Assembly (NCBI RefSeq): GCF_964204865.1
Contig: NC_135256.1
Span: 15,190,001 to 15,254,000, forward strand
DNA: 64,000 nt
Direction of reading: 5' to 3'
From: Styela clava
Taxonomy: Eukaryota
Part shown: piece after piece, positions 37,060 through 52,500 of the stretch
Layout of the letters: every line of letters begins with the position of its first letter
Numbering within the stretch: position 1 is the stretch's first letter
Translations under genes and position numbers: made by a program
Notes under the pieces: model-generated
What the model was told of the DNA's origin: nothing
The model's input: the letters and a program-made list of their open reading frames with translations, nothing else
Database searches by the model: none

Positions 37060-37475
37060 AAACAAGAGAGCTACGCACAAATATATGGACACGTTAGACC
37101 AGAGCGAATCAGTCCTTACCGGTACCTTTGACGCTACCGGTACCCTCAAAAAAGTTCTGAATTTCCAGTAGCAAGAATTTTGCAGAATCAAAACGTACTG
37201 CCAGTCATGACACTGACTAAAATCCGTGTTCCCGTGGATAAAAAATAATACACCAAAATTTTAGACGAAATATCAAATTTCATAGAATTCACGCAAAATT
37301 TTGAAATAAATAAAAGTAATAGCCTTCTAGCAAAAAAATTAATCTTTAACCACTGAAAATTTCAAAGCAACTGGTTCAGTATTCGAAGAGAAAAGCGACT
37401 TTTTAGAAACGTGTCAAAGAACAAGAACAACAACATAATATTGAAACGATCGTTATGTCCACTTCGTGTCCAATA
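37060..37475 (-). mobile_element. Helentron/HINE-like non-autonomous element, family B
   Basis: Subterminal inverted GGACACG/CGTGTCC and terminus AACAAGAGAGCTACGCACAAATATATGGACACG; homologous to the copies at 58973-59490. Confidence 0.6.
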
Positions 37476-39709
37476 ACAATAACCCAATGTTTTGCAATGA
37501 AACCGGGAACTAACGTATATCAACACTTATCAAACACATTTCTTGGTAAACATACTATTGACAATTTGTTGACTGTTACATATGACGGAATGTTTTGTGT
37601 TTTTGAGGAGGAAGGATACCTTGCATTCCCAAAATTGATCGAAAGTTATGTTAATATTAAAAACCCACATATTTCCACGGATTTTGCACCATTCTGAATT
37701 GGTATACAGAAAGCGACATGTTGACATTGCCATTACAGAAAATACCGAAACCGTCTATTATTCCACAAATACATACAAAATAATATAAATGGGGATAACA
37801 CAAAGAAAATTCAAATAAAACGTAAAGTGATGATTATTCACAGAATCTACAACAAATTTTCTCAGTGTTAGAACATATGTAAGCGATTGGTATACTGCCA
37901 TATACACCAAAATAATATATTTGTGTTATCCGTTATTTGCCTTCGTGTCTCCGTGTCCATATCATGTGTTTTATTGCATCAACATCGATAATACGACAGA
38001 AAAAAATATAAACACCCGCGATTGTACTGTTTGATATTCTACGGTTCTCAGAATGGAAACAGCATAATAAGATCAGTGCGGCGTTATATTTTCCAAAGAA
38101 ATAAAAAATATCGGCGAATGCATGGAATAGATACAAAAATTGATTGAAAAGTGAAGTTCTGCATATCAAGTTCGACTTAACTTCACTTATGAATAGCTTG
38201 ATTCATTTTTTATTCTTCGGGGGATAGATTGAAAATTCTGTTGTATTGAAGCTTTTGAGCAGAGGTGATTCACTCGAAAAACCTTAACAGGTTCAAAATA
38301 ACAAATATGGGAACCAGCTACCGATTCGTTCACTCTGTGGGACAACAGCATAAAAAAGTCTAATTGATAAAAATTCACTACAGAATATTCATCTGTTTCC
38401 AAAAGAATGTATACAACAAGCTAAAATTATAGTTTTTAGCAAGAAATGAAGAAATTGAAAAGTTCCCGCACTTCGGTAACAAATAACAAATTATATCGCC
38501 AATTAGCAAGTCCATTTCGAAATACAATTAGGCGGCCGAAATAATATTGTAAAAACATATTTATGAATTCATGTGGTCAATCATCGACAATTTTTAGATA
38601 AACTGAACGAAAATGATGACTTGCGCATAGGAACAAAAACATATTTATATCCAAAAAAATCTGTTTACCATCAAAATGAATGTAAGAGAACTAAATAGTC
38701 TAAAGTCATCAAAAGTACTTTCTCATTGACGACGCAACCGTATCACCTCTCGTCGAAGCAGTCGAGCGAAACCATGTTCCGCCTTTACGGAAAAGACGGG
38801 TCCTGTTCAATCCAAAATACGTGTATTACTTGATGCGCCTGAGCCGTATAAATGTTTAACTAAACGATTCACGAACACAGAACATACCCCCGAAAGAGTA
38901 TTTCAATATTTCCAATTCAATGGGGATGTTTATAATCTTCGTCGGAACCAGAAATATTTATTCAATGACAACACTATTCTTGTATTCAGTAGCTTGCCCT
39001 TTGACCCCTCTTCTTTTTATTACAGTAGCACAACTTTTTAATTTGGTCATTTTAAAAAATTAAAAATAACGTCACAGACAACGATAAGTAAATTTCCAAT
39101 CCGGCTATTTGCAGAAGCAAATGTTCTCAGACAAAGTACCCGAAAAAAAAAGGAATGAGCAGGAATATAAAACTGGTTCGCGAACAAAGAACACAACACA
39201 TTTATATGTGGTACGCGTGTACGAGGCATGCGTGACAAATTTGTGTCTCTGGGAGGCGGTCGCCAGAAGACAAATTGCTGGTTCTGCTTGTAACCATGGA
39301 GGACTGAAGGCAATAAGTTACGAATGTAATGGCAAGATATCTGGTCGCGATGTCACTTACGACATTTTAAACTGCTTATTTTTACGCTAATGCCATGTGG
39401 CCTATAATAGAACATGCGTCTTATTAACATAAAATCATGTGGTCGGATCAATATTGAATTCAACGAAGCGGGGAAATGAAAATAAAGCAATAAACGCTTA
39501 TCGCTGTATCAATTTAAACATAATTTCACAATATATTAGTCTTGTCACTCTCGTCTTACAATCATATGCCATCTATGAATGGCAGCATAGAGGTCCAACT
39601 AGAATATTAAATCTAGTCTGCTGGTGCCTCATACAATGATACATTTAGGATACATCCGTCACAGATAAATTTAATAATCCAACTTGTGTTTTCTGCGATT
39701 AGCTGTAAG

Positions 39710-39953
39710 TTAACTTTGTCCATGGACAGCAAAATGTGACGCATGGAAAATCTGCTAAGTTACCAGTGATAGGCAGAAAATATAAAATTGCCTGTCGCAA
39801 GGTAAGTGACTAAACAGCCATACATTTAGATTAACTTTGTCCATGGCTTTGCTTGCTGATAGCAAAATGTGACGCATCGCAAATCTGTTGAGTTGCCAAT
39901 GCTAAGCAGAAAATATTGAATTTGCCTGTCACAAGGTATGTGACTAAACAGCC
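39710..39953 (+). repeat. Tandem duplication of a ~120-bp unit
   Basis: TTAACTTTGTCCATGG...AGCAAAATGTGACGCAT...TTGCCTGTC.CAAGGTA.GTGACTAAACAGCC occurs twice. Confidence 0.85.
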
Positions 39954-42900
39954 GAAGCTTGATATTGTAGATATTATATGGTTACTCGATCATTATATGG
40001 ACGATAACAAATAATAATTTTAGAATAATGATGAGATTGCTCTACATTTTCAGAATTAATATGAAGAGACTGGGTATCTGATGTGCCTGTAATTAACATT
40101 TATGTGTAGGATACAAATTAAAATGCCGTCCGAAAGTCTTTAAAATCATAACGAAAAACCATCACTGAAAACTCGTATTTGTACCCATGTTATTCCTTCA
40201 TGCCATGCATTATTTATCATTCTCTACAAGTCTGGCCAAGTTTGTCGAACGCGGAACTAATACAGCAGTCTTCGAATATTGATTTCTGCTTGATTCGTTT
40301 CTCCTAAATACTAACTGAGCTGAGTAAATGAGACGCGCGCTTGATCGCACAACAACAATATACCCTTTGCGTTCCGGGACATACCAGAAAAGTGGCGACA
40401 TTATCGAGCCTTGGTCGTGTTGTATAGTAAAAGTAACGATCATCCTTTTGCCTTGATGCTTACGAGTTCAAAATACTATCTCTCATCTTTACCTTTGCAC
40501 CAGTGGGACCCATATGCGTGAAGTAAGGGTGCTGTAGCACGAACAATGATAACTATTAGGTTTAAAACTTTATTTCGCACGTCGCATACAATCAGCGATG
40601 GAATTCAAGGGGGTTCGCCTTGTGCGAACGATTTTTTTTCGTTTTATAATTTACATGACCACAACAAATGGGTAACCTGTACCGCAGCTGAAGACCAGCT
40701 TTAAATTAGGCGTTTCGAAAGTTTATGTATTAGATTAATGTAAAGCGCGTCTTATCGTCGAATCTCACGTTGCGTTCTTGCATTGCTATTGAGATGTAAG
40801 TTTTGCAGAAATTAGGTGATCCAAATGACGCACAACCTGAACATAGTAAGTGTACCAGGTTAGTGTCCAGGTTATGAGTCATCTTGGTACACATACTTTT
40901 TTTGACTGTAACAGGTGGTCTCAGTTTCCAAGAGAACTGATGTTCTAAAAATTGCTATGTGTGATACAGAATGTTTTTAGAAATCGAAACTGAATATGTC
41001 AGGATTCGCCAGGAACAAGGGCTTCAAATGGAAAGTGCGGACTGAATGGATGTTTCCCCGAGCATCGACTTCCTTGTTTACTTCGTGACATTTGTCCAAT
41101 CAGAAAGATGCAAAGAGTGACGCATCCGCTCAGACACTTTTCTCGCTCAGACAGATTTTCAGGGTCGTCGTAAACCTTTCCATCGTTTTCGCGTTTTTGA
41201 AATATATTCGTAAGTTTTTAGTTGTGTTTCGGATATATAAATATATATCAAATAATACAATGACCACTTTGTCTGTTTAGGAGTTTCAGTTTAATTGCAG
41301 TAATCAAAAATTAGTGTAGAAATAGCTGCGATTGACTAGGCTAAAAATCTTGACCGGCACTTTTAAAAAACAGATTGTTGAATGCTATGAATCAGAATGA
41401 TGGTTTGAAACAAAAATACCCCATTTTACAGGCACCAACTCGCAAAACCACTCTTAAAATAAGCACCGACATTTTTACAATGGTAAAGTATAGGAAGAAT
41501 TTTACGGGAGTCAAAGGTCCATAAATCGCCTTATTCGGCCACAATCACGTCGCTTTTACTCGAGGCATTCGGAGCCATAAAGTTTTGTGCGCTAATTCGG
41601 CGCGTTGCAAGTCGCGCCTATTAGTCGTCGTTTTTTACACATTCCAAACATTCCCCCAACCCCCTCCCCCTCCCCATTTTATATGAGGGCTTATACTTGA
41701 TATATAGCGCGTATCTGACGAATAATACTAACACTAAAATTTAATAATACGAATAATAATAATAAAATTATGTCGGTTCCCATTGCCTAACGTTTGGCTC
41801 ACAGGAAAAATGTGAGCTTTTCGCTATACAATATGTAAACATTTTAATTTTATTTTTGAGGAGTTGAGTAGCAATGTCCAACCTAGATGTCGAGATATCC
41901 AGCCCAATGTGCCAGATACAGTGACCTGATAACACTCATTTAAAAAGGCCTAAACGGGAAGTATAATTTTGGCATTGTCTGTCCAGCTAATTACATTGCA
42001 ATTCGTATGGCGCGCATGAATTACGCACACTAACCAGAATTCAAAGCACAGCACTAATGTGAATATGTCTGTACTTTCAATTTCAACAAATAGGCCACAT
42101 GTCCGCGATATACAGAAAAGACTAGGACCGCCATTAAAACGTGTCATAATCATGTATATCATATCGACCAAATCGTGTAAATATGGCGGTAGCACGGAAA
42201 TGATCAATACATGATAACACGAACTGCGCACAGGCATCGTGAGGATAGAAACTTTAGGGCTGAAAAAGGCAAAACCGATAGGAATTACATATTCACATTT
42301 ATTTTATGACATAAGTGATATTTTAGTTCAGCCATTGACAAATAACATTTGAAATCTATTCAATAGTCATTTTTATGTTAACAACTATTAACATCAGAAT
42401 GTCCTATTTTCAAAAATACTCCAAATGTGTTTATCGGCCATGATCAAAATAACTTGAACGGATTCTTGTCTTGCATTAATGGAAAATGAGAACATATATT
42501 ATTTATCAATTAAATTGTCCGGGTATGAGAAATATACAGACCTCTTTGGAAATAATGCAAATCGTTATGTTTGAACAGTGTGGAAGTAAAAATTGATTAG
42601 ATACAATTATCTAAGGCAAGTCGATACTTCAATTACAAATGAAATTATTCAGCAATTCACCATTGAAGGGGATGGAGTATCCGCACGACGGAGCCTGCGT
42701 TTAACAAAGCGGACGTGTCTGCCGCATACATTCACAAAAACAAACCATCGGTGCTGTTTGCACAAAGCAACCGTTTAGAAAAGAGAACAATTTAACAGCT
42801 CTCTCTTTGCTGTACTAGTAAGTTGGGTGTCGAGAAATGGAATATGCGTATATAAAGATGTATTTTTAAGTATAATAATACCAAAGTACGGAAGATTAAT

Positions 42901-45900
42901 TGATTAAATTCTAGTTTTATGTTCTTTCACATCCTGAACGATACATGTTGACAATTCGCAAATAATTTGCCTGAATATAAATGTAACCAAGTCCATAACT
43001 TACAGAACGTATGCTCAAAATGCAGAAAGTAAATAGCGATTTTTGGTCACAAATTTGAAAAATTTAGGATGCGAAAATGAAATATAGACAAACTGTCGAT
43101 TTTATTGCCTGTTCAAATTTCTACATTTTTAACACGGGGTTGATATCTTAAATGGGATTTTGCCTATTATGTAGTATATAAATTACTAATCCTTCAAGTA
43201 GTGTGACATTCGATGTTTAAACGATTATAATAACCACTGAAAAACACAAAAAACGCCAGGCAAAACCTAACATGAACAATTTTACAAACAAAATAACCAA
43301 ATTTACATCACTATACCTCGTTTATTAAATGAACATTGAAAACGCAGTTTTGAACATTCCTAATCTTAAATAATAAACTTAATCTTAATAACATAATAAT
43401 TGCAAGAATGCTAACAAGTCTAACGTTTATTAATAAGATTAATTATTGCTATAGAACGTTTGACATCAAATGACTTGACTTAATTTCATTTGGTGAGGCG
43501 TGTTACCAAGTTGACAACTATCATCTTCAATAAAGTTAGACATTTCAATGCATTGATATTTAAAAATAAATAACATTTTTCGGAAAAATCATCATTCTAA
43601 ATTGAATCCATTGAAATTCATTTTTGGTTTCGTGATGTGATTTCACTATCAACAACCGAGTTAATTGAAAAAGTAAATGAGTACAGCTACCTGTATAGTA
43701 TATAGGCTGTGTAATATTGGATTTTATCACTACGGTTACCCTTAAAATTAGATGCCGGAAGTTGAACAAACAATGAACTAGAAAGCATCACGCCACCGGT
43801 GAATGAATGGCACTATAGATAGAGCAAACAGATTGTATAAGCTATCCGATGTGTGAATTAACCATCCTAAAATCCAATGTATGTTAACATATCAAAAGCA
43901 ATTACGATTACCGTATTGTTATAATGTCAGTTTTACGTGAAATTATGTTAGCCGAATTGGTGAAATACATGAAAATTCTTGGTGAAAGTATGTATTCAAA
44001 TTTCGTATTGTTCCGTATTCGTCTTTTAACTAGTATATCATGATCTACCAAAACAAAGAAAAGAGATATTTATATATCAATTAACAAATATAAATTAGTG
44101 ACAGAAATGAAGTGGGAAGTAACACAGAAAACAACATCATTTTACTTTCCACGAGACTATGGCATTTCCGTACTGGATTCGAATGCAATCCATATGTGGC
44201 TATGGCTCAACGGTCAAGAAGATATCGAGTGTGGTCTATTACCGCTATGTCAGAAATGTACTCTGTCGAATATGGGACTGCTACAATTAGGCAGCTGTAG
44301 TTGGAGGGGTGTCATATTTTATTATATATATAAATATAAAGTGTATGTATTTTACGGGAGCGTGTGCGGGGAAATATGATTGCACCCAAACACATAAACA
44401 TCAGTGGCAGCCGTCTATTCATTCAACAACGCGATATGCAGATTGAATTAATTTTGCCTCGAGCAATAACACAGAAAACAAAAGAAAAACTGAACGATGT
44501 GGATAGTCTGATAATCCCGCGCGCTAATTTCAAGCACTTCGCACGCGGAATTATTAACATACAACGACTAGTTTCTTTTATTTCATTTCGACGTGCATCA
44601 ATAAAATCTTGCGAGAAATATGGATCCTCTTGAGTACAAAATCGAATTAAAGCTGTTAATGACTTTGCTCAAAGAAAGACAAGAAGCAACCAATAAAAGA
44701 AAGAAAGTAGTGCCCAACAAGACCCTATAAAATAACATAACCGAAACATCATTTAACCTATCCAACTACAAAATAGTAAGTACATGGACCTTCAAATAGG
44801 CAAACGTATTATATATATAATAACGCAAGTCAGCAAGAGTTGCATCCTGAATCTCGTAAAAAAAGGCAACAATGGTTTGTCGGGGATACTATGTAAAATG
44901 ATTCCAATCAACTGGACTACGAAACAGTAGAAAATATGACTTCGTCGAAGATATCAAAGTCTGGTCAACTTCGCTACCATAACGTAAAATTCCACTTTAA
45001 ATTATTTGTTTTCAAAAGCATTGTAATAAATAACTATGTAAATAGCAACTGTACAACCAACTGTTCGTCGCCCCCTAAAATCGAACGTTGAACTTTGTTT
45101 ATTTGCAAATGATCAAACAATAGCAGAAGGAAATATTATTATATGGATATCCATATATATATAGGGCGCACAAGTTTACTTGAAATAATTTCTATCAAAT
45201 CCTCATACGACATCAGCAACCTGTTACTACTTAGTGTATTTAGACTGAAATTGTCGAAGAGGAGCACTAAATCAGTTATCGAAACAGAATCCGGCGAAAT
45301 ACATACACTTTTTATCCAATCCACCTGAATGACATGTGTTGTACAGTATCGTCTCGTTCTGTACAGTATCGCCTATACTGCCGAACGTTAGAACTGAGAA
45401 TCGCTACATAAGCGCTGATCCCTACGAACAAGGAAGAAATAAATATGCCTTGGTTTCGAATGTCAAGCAATGTACAACATTTTAAGGAATTATTACCCAC
45501 TACTAAAACTTGGCAAGATATAGCGTAAAATTGAATATTATTACTGATCTCAATTAGGATTCTGGTAATGGGCCCCTAAATCATTACCAAAATATATTTC
45601 GGTTTAGTTATAAACATATATATTAACTATATGCAATTGAGCTTTCTTCTTTCGATCAAACGAAGAAGCTTAGCCTCTGTGACCGATTGGTCCGAATTGA
45701 CTCGAGGTGTAAAATATTTCTTGTTCTTTGATATTAAAAAAGGATAGATTTATACGCACACGCCAGAACTATCTCCAAAAAATTTGTTCGATATCCCGTT
45801 GAATTGCTTGTCTCTGGCCTAATTATGACGTCGATAATGGTCGAAATCGATAACTATTTACTACAATGAATGGTGCGAAACAAAGCTGTATTTGGCGCAA

Positions 45901-46128
45901 TTAAAAGCTTGGTATCGTCCTAACTTCTTGAATGCTAGAAACCAAACAGAGCTTTTATGACGTCATACAAATATGACCGAAATCGCCAGTAGTTACCACG
46001 TACACGCATAGGATAAGTGGACAAATATCCTGACTGACGGGCTTGTGCGATATTATGCCATTAGTGACAACGCAATAATATTATAATTAACGCAATACTG
46101 ACAAATGAAATATAATAATATAATAAAA

Positions 46129-46525
46129 TAACTTGTAATTCATTAAGTCGATATCGGCATGCCACGATGAATCCATGATACATACTCGGGACTTGGCGAA
46201 CGGAGCAAAATTTAAATACGAAATTCCCTTTTCTATCGTGAAAATAAGATTTTAGTTCCCCGACTGCCTGCAACTATAGCCAGTCACATGCCAGCCTGAT
46301 GTCGGCAAATTACTTGAAATTCATTAAGTCATAATCACCAGGCCTATAGGATTAAATGCTCGTCATTTGCCGAACGGAGCATTTGGGAAATTGAAACAAA
46401 TCCAATTGATGAACAAATATTACGGTACATCTTGACAAAATTTAATCGAAATATTATATACAAAATAACATCTCTATAATGAAAAGCAATAACGCACGCC
46501 AGCCTGACATGGGTAATTTTTTTTT
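46129..46525. repeat. Diverged ~180-210-bp tandem duplication
   Basis: AATTCATTAAGTC, CGAACGGAGCA and GCCAGCCTGA blocks each occur twice in the same order. Confidence 0.6.
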
Positions 46526-49500
46526 TTGCGGAATCCGACAACTCAATTCGTCAGTTCCACAATGGAGAGTATTCACAGTATGCGTTATCAAATTTGATGA
46601 ATATCAGGCCATATTGTGTAAAGCTGTTACGTTATTATATATAGTTCATGGTCGTTCATAAAACATCGGCCGATCTACATTATGATAGAATATACTTTCG
46701 AGTTTCAATATATAAATTTCCTTCAAAGTCTTCAACTGATAAGTCTAACTTGATCATTGGACTCCATTATATAGTCGACAACGACGACTAGAAACAAATT
46801 GAGCATTGAGCCAATGCTACCATGATGCACCAATGAAATAAAAGTAAATTGCATACAACAGCGAAACAAGTGTTACAGTTGACACAAAAATCAACGACTA
46901 GGCTACACGTGAAACAACGCAATATTATTACAGTTATAAAACATGCATTCGCAAAGCATCAACGACGATTAAATTGTTAGGTAAGATGTAATAAGTTTTG
47001 CCTGCACATTCGCTTTCTCGAGGATTTTGAATAAAAGTTAAAATGGCAGCGAAACTAACAAGGTAACCCAATTAAAACACGCCATAGTCTAACAAATAGC
47101 ACCTAATTAAAGGTACAACGATAATACAACGCGGCCGTTAAACAAGTAAGTTATATCAATTGAAATGGACATCGGTATGCTACTGCTACTAATAAATCTA
47201 ACGTAATAGGATTACCGACAGAATTACCTTACAATAGACTCAGTCGTCTCTTGTGGCTCCCTGCTGAAATTTGTCTCAGTCTTTCACAATAAACTTGCTC
47301 AAATTCGATCGAATATCGTAGATGAATATTCGGACATTAGCGATATATCGATGACGTGACTAACGGCGACCAATGCGCGCTTTCTTCGCAAGAGGTCGAG
47401 AACAACCCCCGGCTGATCATCGAGCGGATAGAGTTCAATAAAATCACCCGTGCGTAACAACGCAAATGTACGAATGCAGAGCAAAAAATGAATACGCGTT
47501 TAAAGTTTGGTATTAACACTATCCCCGATTTCTATATCTTCGTTGTTTATATACCGCATAACATCGTTACGCTAGTATCAAATGACAAACCAAATATCGG
47601 ACATGATAATAATGTTAAAACGAATATGAGGCGGCTAAATATGCATTCAAAAATAATGTTTCGGCATCTTAGCGTTTAACATATTTTCATCTTTCTATTT
47701 GATATGTTCACTAAATATACATTTTATGTCGTAAATATGTTATATGTTTCATACGCAGAATATGTCTTATTATACTTCGATAATATCCTGGCGTCTGTTG
47801 ATATAAAACGGATATGACGTCACGAATCCATCGCGATGAGCTAGTAAATGTAGACACGGCTTTGTTGAGCACTGCGTCTGTGAAACGAGACATACCAAAC
47901 GGTGTATACGACGTTTGCTTTCGGCGTTTTGAGAAGCGCCTGGCTCGAATTTCAAGACAAATATATATAATAGTTTACATTTAACACGGGATGTATATAC
48001 AACTGATATGTATAAATACTTTTATGTATAGATTGGACTGCATTAGTTGTGGTGGTTGACCAAATCATCAACAAATTCAAATCTTTTTATGGAAATTTGA
48101 AATTTAAATGCCCACCTTTGCATATCTTATTATTATATATATATAATTCAGTCTTCAAAAGTTTTGCTATCGACATCGTGCCGTAACTATGAGAACATAT
48201 GTTACAAAATGCGCTCATATCGGCGTATTTGTCAAGTTCAACGAAATATAATCATTATGTTATAAATAGAAAATATAAATAATCATAGGACTAATATTAA
48301 GTAAATCCTCTTCTGAAACATATTTTTAGCATAATGTATCAAATATACAACATATCTCAAAAAATCTGCTTTTGACAGTAATATAAATCTTATAAAAAAT
48401 TTCACTATAAGCCAATCAATTAATCGTTTAGTCTGGATGAATCATATTTTACAGCGGTGAATTGATGTTCATTTCGAGTGTGCTAAATTTCAATCAACTC
48501 TAAAATTCAAAATCCAAACCCTCGTGTTTAACTCATCTAGGTTGGGAAAATTTTCACTGCTTGACGATATTGGATCTTGTCAATTTCATAACATAAATAT
48601 TAAAACCAAACCCGCTTTACGAGGGATTCTGCCATTTTGAATAATAGATACGATCACATAAATTAGCTCGAATTGAATCCATTACTTTTTATATATTTTG
48701 TATGCATCTCCGACGACCAAACATTTTAAAGTATTTCGGGCGATGTAACAACGGTTCCGTTCACACGCTTCGATTTTTGCTTCAAAGACGTTAACCTGCA
48801 ATGCAGTTCACATAACGTGAAATGAACCCACTTTATTGCTAATATGTAGTGATCAATCAATTTCCTAGAAAGTAAATTAAACATCTGATAAAGCATATTC
48901 ACAAACTGCAAAGCTCCGTTATACCCTTCATCTCCTAATATTAACAACAAGAAAAAGATTCGCCTGTATAATTTTTCCAATATATTTATTTAAACACGAT
49001 AGAAAAATATTAACAACAAACTGTATTGTAGTTAATGGCTAAACTCGGCGTGAAAACACGTGAAATTTCTGCATTTGCAGATTCGCTGTTCAAAGATGTT
49101 ATTTATTCGCGGATACTTGGTTGAACTCTATCAATCAGGAGTTATTTCTGTCTTCCAGTATACTTATAAATAAATATCTATCTTGTTTCGATCTTGAAAC
49201 CTTCATCTAATTTCGTTCAGCTTTACTTCGTGGTGATTTTTATCTTTAAATATCGAGCTTTTGGCCTTGCTTTGAACAAATCTGTATGAGGCGAGTTCAC
49301 GTATACGAATTGTCAATATTCGATAACTCGCTTAAAGGCAAAGATTTTAAATCTCGACAGAAAACTACCAAACTGAAAACTTTTGTAGTGTGCTACTGTG
49401 GAGTAAGCAAGTGGATTATCTGAAACCAACTCCGACGAAAATTTTTGTAATTTTACCGCTGGATATTGAAAATAAACTAAATTTAAATCATACCGCATTG

Positions 49501-52500
49501 AATTCATAAGATATTTGGGAAATGTAATTAACAGATCCATTCAAATAATATATATATAGGTATTTGTAACCATTGTACGTATTAATTAATGTATTGATAT
49601 CACGTTATATGAAACGACTACTAGTTGATGGATCAGTTATTTATTTTAATCTTGCCCAAAGCCTTAAATTTTAGCTGGAGCCTTCGATTTAATTTTACGT
49701 ATTTTTTTATTTTATGTATATTGCAATTAGCAGCAACCCCTGAAGCAAAACCCATTATGCAATAAGTCTTATCGCGACACATAGGGTAAATACTACTACA
49801 CAGTCCCCCCAAGCGTCCCAAAACATATGCTACAGACGGATATCCTTGTAAGCGGTCAATCGCTTTGTATTCACGGGTTACAGAACGCACACTGAAAATC
49901 CGCGCATAATGTGTTCATTATTCGTCAATTGCCGTCTTAGCGATTGTTCTACGTAGAATTCGTCCGTTCATTATCGGACCTTTTTTTAGTTACCTCTCAA
50001 AATGGACGAGCATGAAAATGTATCTCGTTCGATCGAGTGACTGGCTGTATCGACGAAACCACGTATTTGAGTTATCAATTTGTTTGTAACACAGTTCCAT
50101 ATAAATATATTTAATGATTGGTATTTTTTGTCAAATTTTAACATGAATTTTAAAATCGAATCCAATAAAATGGGACACCATGTAAAACCCAATATCCACG
50201 ATTGTATTCATATAATAATATCGCAAATTAAGGCCAATCACAAACATGAAATATGGCAATGTTATCACGGTTGAGAATGATTACCTAAACAACGATAGAA
50301 AAATATTCTAGCGTATACGGTAAGCGATAAGTGTGATGATTCCGCACGATGTAGTCATATTACGCCTAGCCTCAATGCTTGCTCAAAACTATCCAAGCGA
50401 GACTCTTGAATTAGAAGCCATGTCCTACGGGTAGTCTGACGTCATTGCAAATGTATAGCATGCCTGTACGTAAAAAAACTCAATAATCTGATACTCGTTT
50501 TCGAGTAGAAATTTTGCAACTTTCGAAACCATTTCTTGAAATATAACCAGGTTAAATTGCTTCAGACCATGCTAACTGATTGCACATATGAAGAGCTCTT
50601 TTCAAACATTGCGAGATTATAATAAACATCTCAGATATGGCCTAACAGAACATGATCCCGTGATAACCATTTTTGATTGAGAATTAATTTAGCAAAGCCG
50701 ACTAAAGACAAAGAATAAAATATTGATCGACTTGGCTAAGGCTTTGAGGAACAAAGTGACAAAGATGCACTTTGCATTTCCCTTCAGAAGATAGTTAGCT
50801 ACTTAGTGAGTATTGAGAAATATACAGAACTATAAAAATGTTCACATTTACAGATTATATGCTTCTTTTCAAATATTATCCGATCCGATTCGCCTGATCT
50901 AATCTTTTCTGACTTTGATCAAATTATACAAGTTTTCGGTGACCGAACTCCATTGACCTCGCCACCATTTGAGTTACTTTTATGATCTTCTCCTCTTTTA
51001 TCATGACTTTATTTTAACCACTAACAAGTTTTCAAAAAATAAACGTTCCAAATACCAACGATTGTAACTAACATACTGCTGTTTATTGCCCAGTGGTATT
51101 CATGAGCTCTCGTATATAACATAGTAAAAGTACATTATATACTACAAAATCATTGTTTCGTGAAAGCCATGTACTGCTACAAAATTGCAATCCAATACGA
51201 CTCTGATTCCACACCTTATATTCTAAATTGATCCAATTGTCGAATTTGGTCAATGAAGAGTCGCCCTAAAGCTGTAAACATCACTCTCATGTAACAAACA
51301 CCCTTAGCTATTCAAAATAAATAGTCTCATGTCCCAATTGAAAGGCTAAATAGTTTCGAAAATCCCTAGCCTTATTCTTGGATATTTGTTAATATAGCAA
51401 ATTGTTCTTAAATTGTTTCAGTGTTGGTGGAGAAATGGTAGCAGATGACACCATTACTCCTTAAAAAAACGTTACCTATTTTTGACAAAGGGTAATACCA
51501 GTGAGAAGGGGAGCAACATCATTGAGAATTTGCGAGTTCATCAGCCAAATGCTGAATAATGTAAGAATTTCAACTACTGAAAAAAAATATTGAACTTATC
51601 GATGCAATGATGACCGACGCGATTGCTTTCACACAGGGATGAAATATAATTTTACACAATTTATTTGCGTCGTGCGGATTAACGCCAAGGGCACGCAAAA
51701 TAATGAAGGTTCAAACTGAACAAAGAAAAAGTTTTTTCTGTCAACGTCGATATAAGCATGACAATCCATTGTGTATATTCCAATGGCAAGATCATATAAT
51801 TTTTTTTTATCAATTTAACCAAGACACGGTACACGATTCATTTCCTATGCATACCTATGTTCACATTTTTTGTCGCGACTCGCTACCAGCGATGATCGAT
51901 AAAAAGTGATTGATTCGTTTCGGCTGAATAATCATCGGCTAACATTACGGTGAAACAGAGAACGTTCGCGAGTTGTGTCTCCAGTGTTTCGGAGACATAG
52001 TAGAAGTGTCGTTGCTAGTTTGAAGATGAATCATGTAATAAATTAGCTTTGTATTACTTTAGCCACACATTGGATTTAAAGTTTCACTAAAGACTAGCCA
52101 TTTGCTCAATATTATTGATGTGACGCGTTTAAAGTCCCGTGTGATTCCCTCTTGTTAATGTTTGCTGGCAAAAGCCTCATTTTCGAGAAAGTCGAGGTCG
52201 GATACGTTAGCAAAACTGTTTTTAAAATGACAAAACGCTCGTAACTAAAGACTCAGTTCGGGACATGAATCACAGCCCTCATAATAATTGATTAAACACA
52301 GGGCTCAAAATAAACAACATAAATGAAATCGGACACGGAAACCCTGCCGAGTTTTTCAATTTCGGGCAACACTACTGATATTTATTGAAATATATTTAGT
52401 AAACTTATCCACGTTACCCCAATTTAATTACTTCAAATGGTATTCTGACTAAAATATCGTTAAACTATCTTTTTACCCAGTCGAGAATTCCGCTGCAGTG

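Noticed and set aside
38722-38805. bZIP-like LLRREVIRLRRQ* fragment (C/EBP neighbours PTPN1 in vertebrates)
   Set aside because: No basic region or heptad continuity upstream; likely chance.
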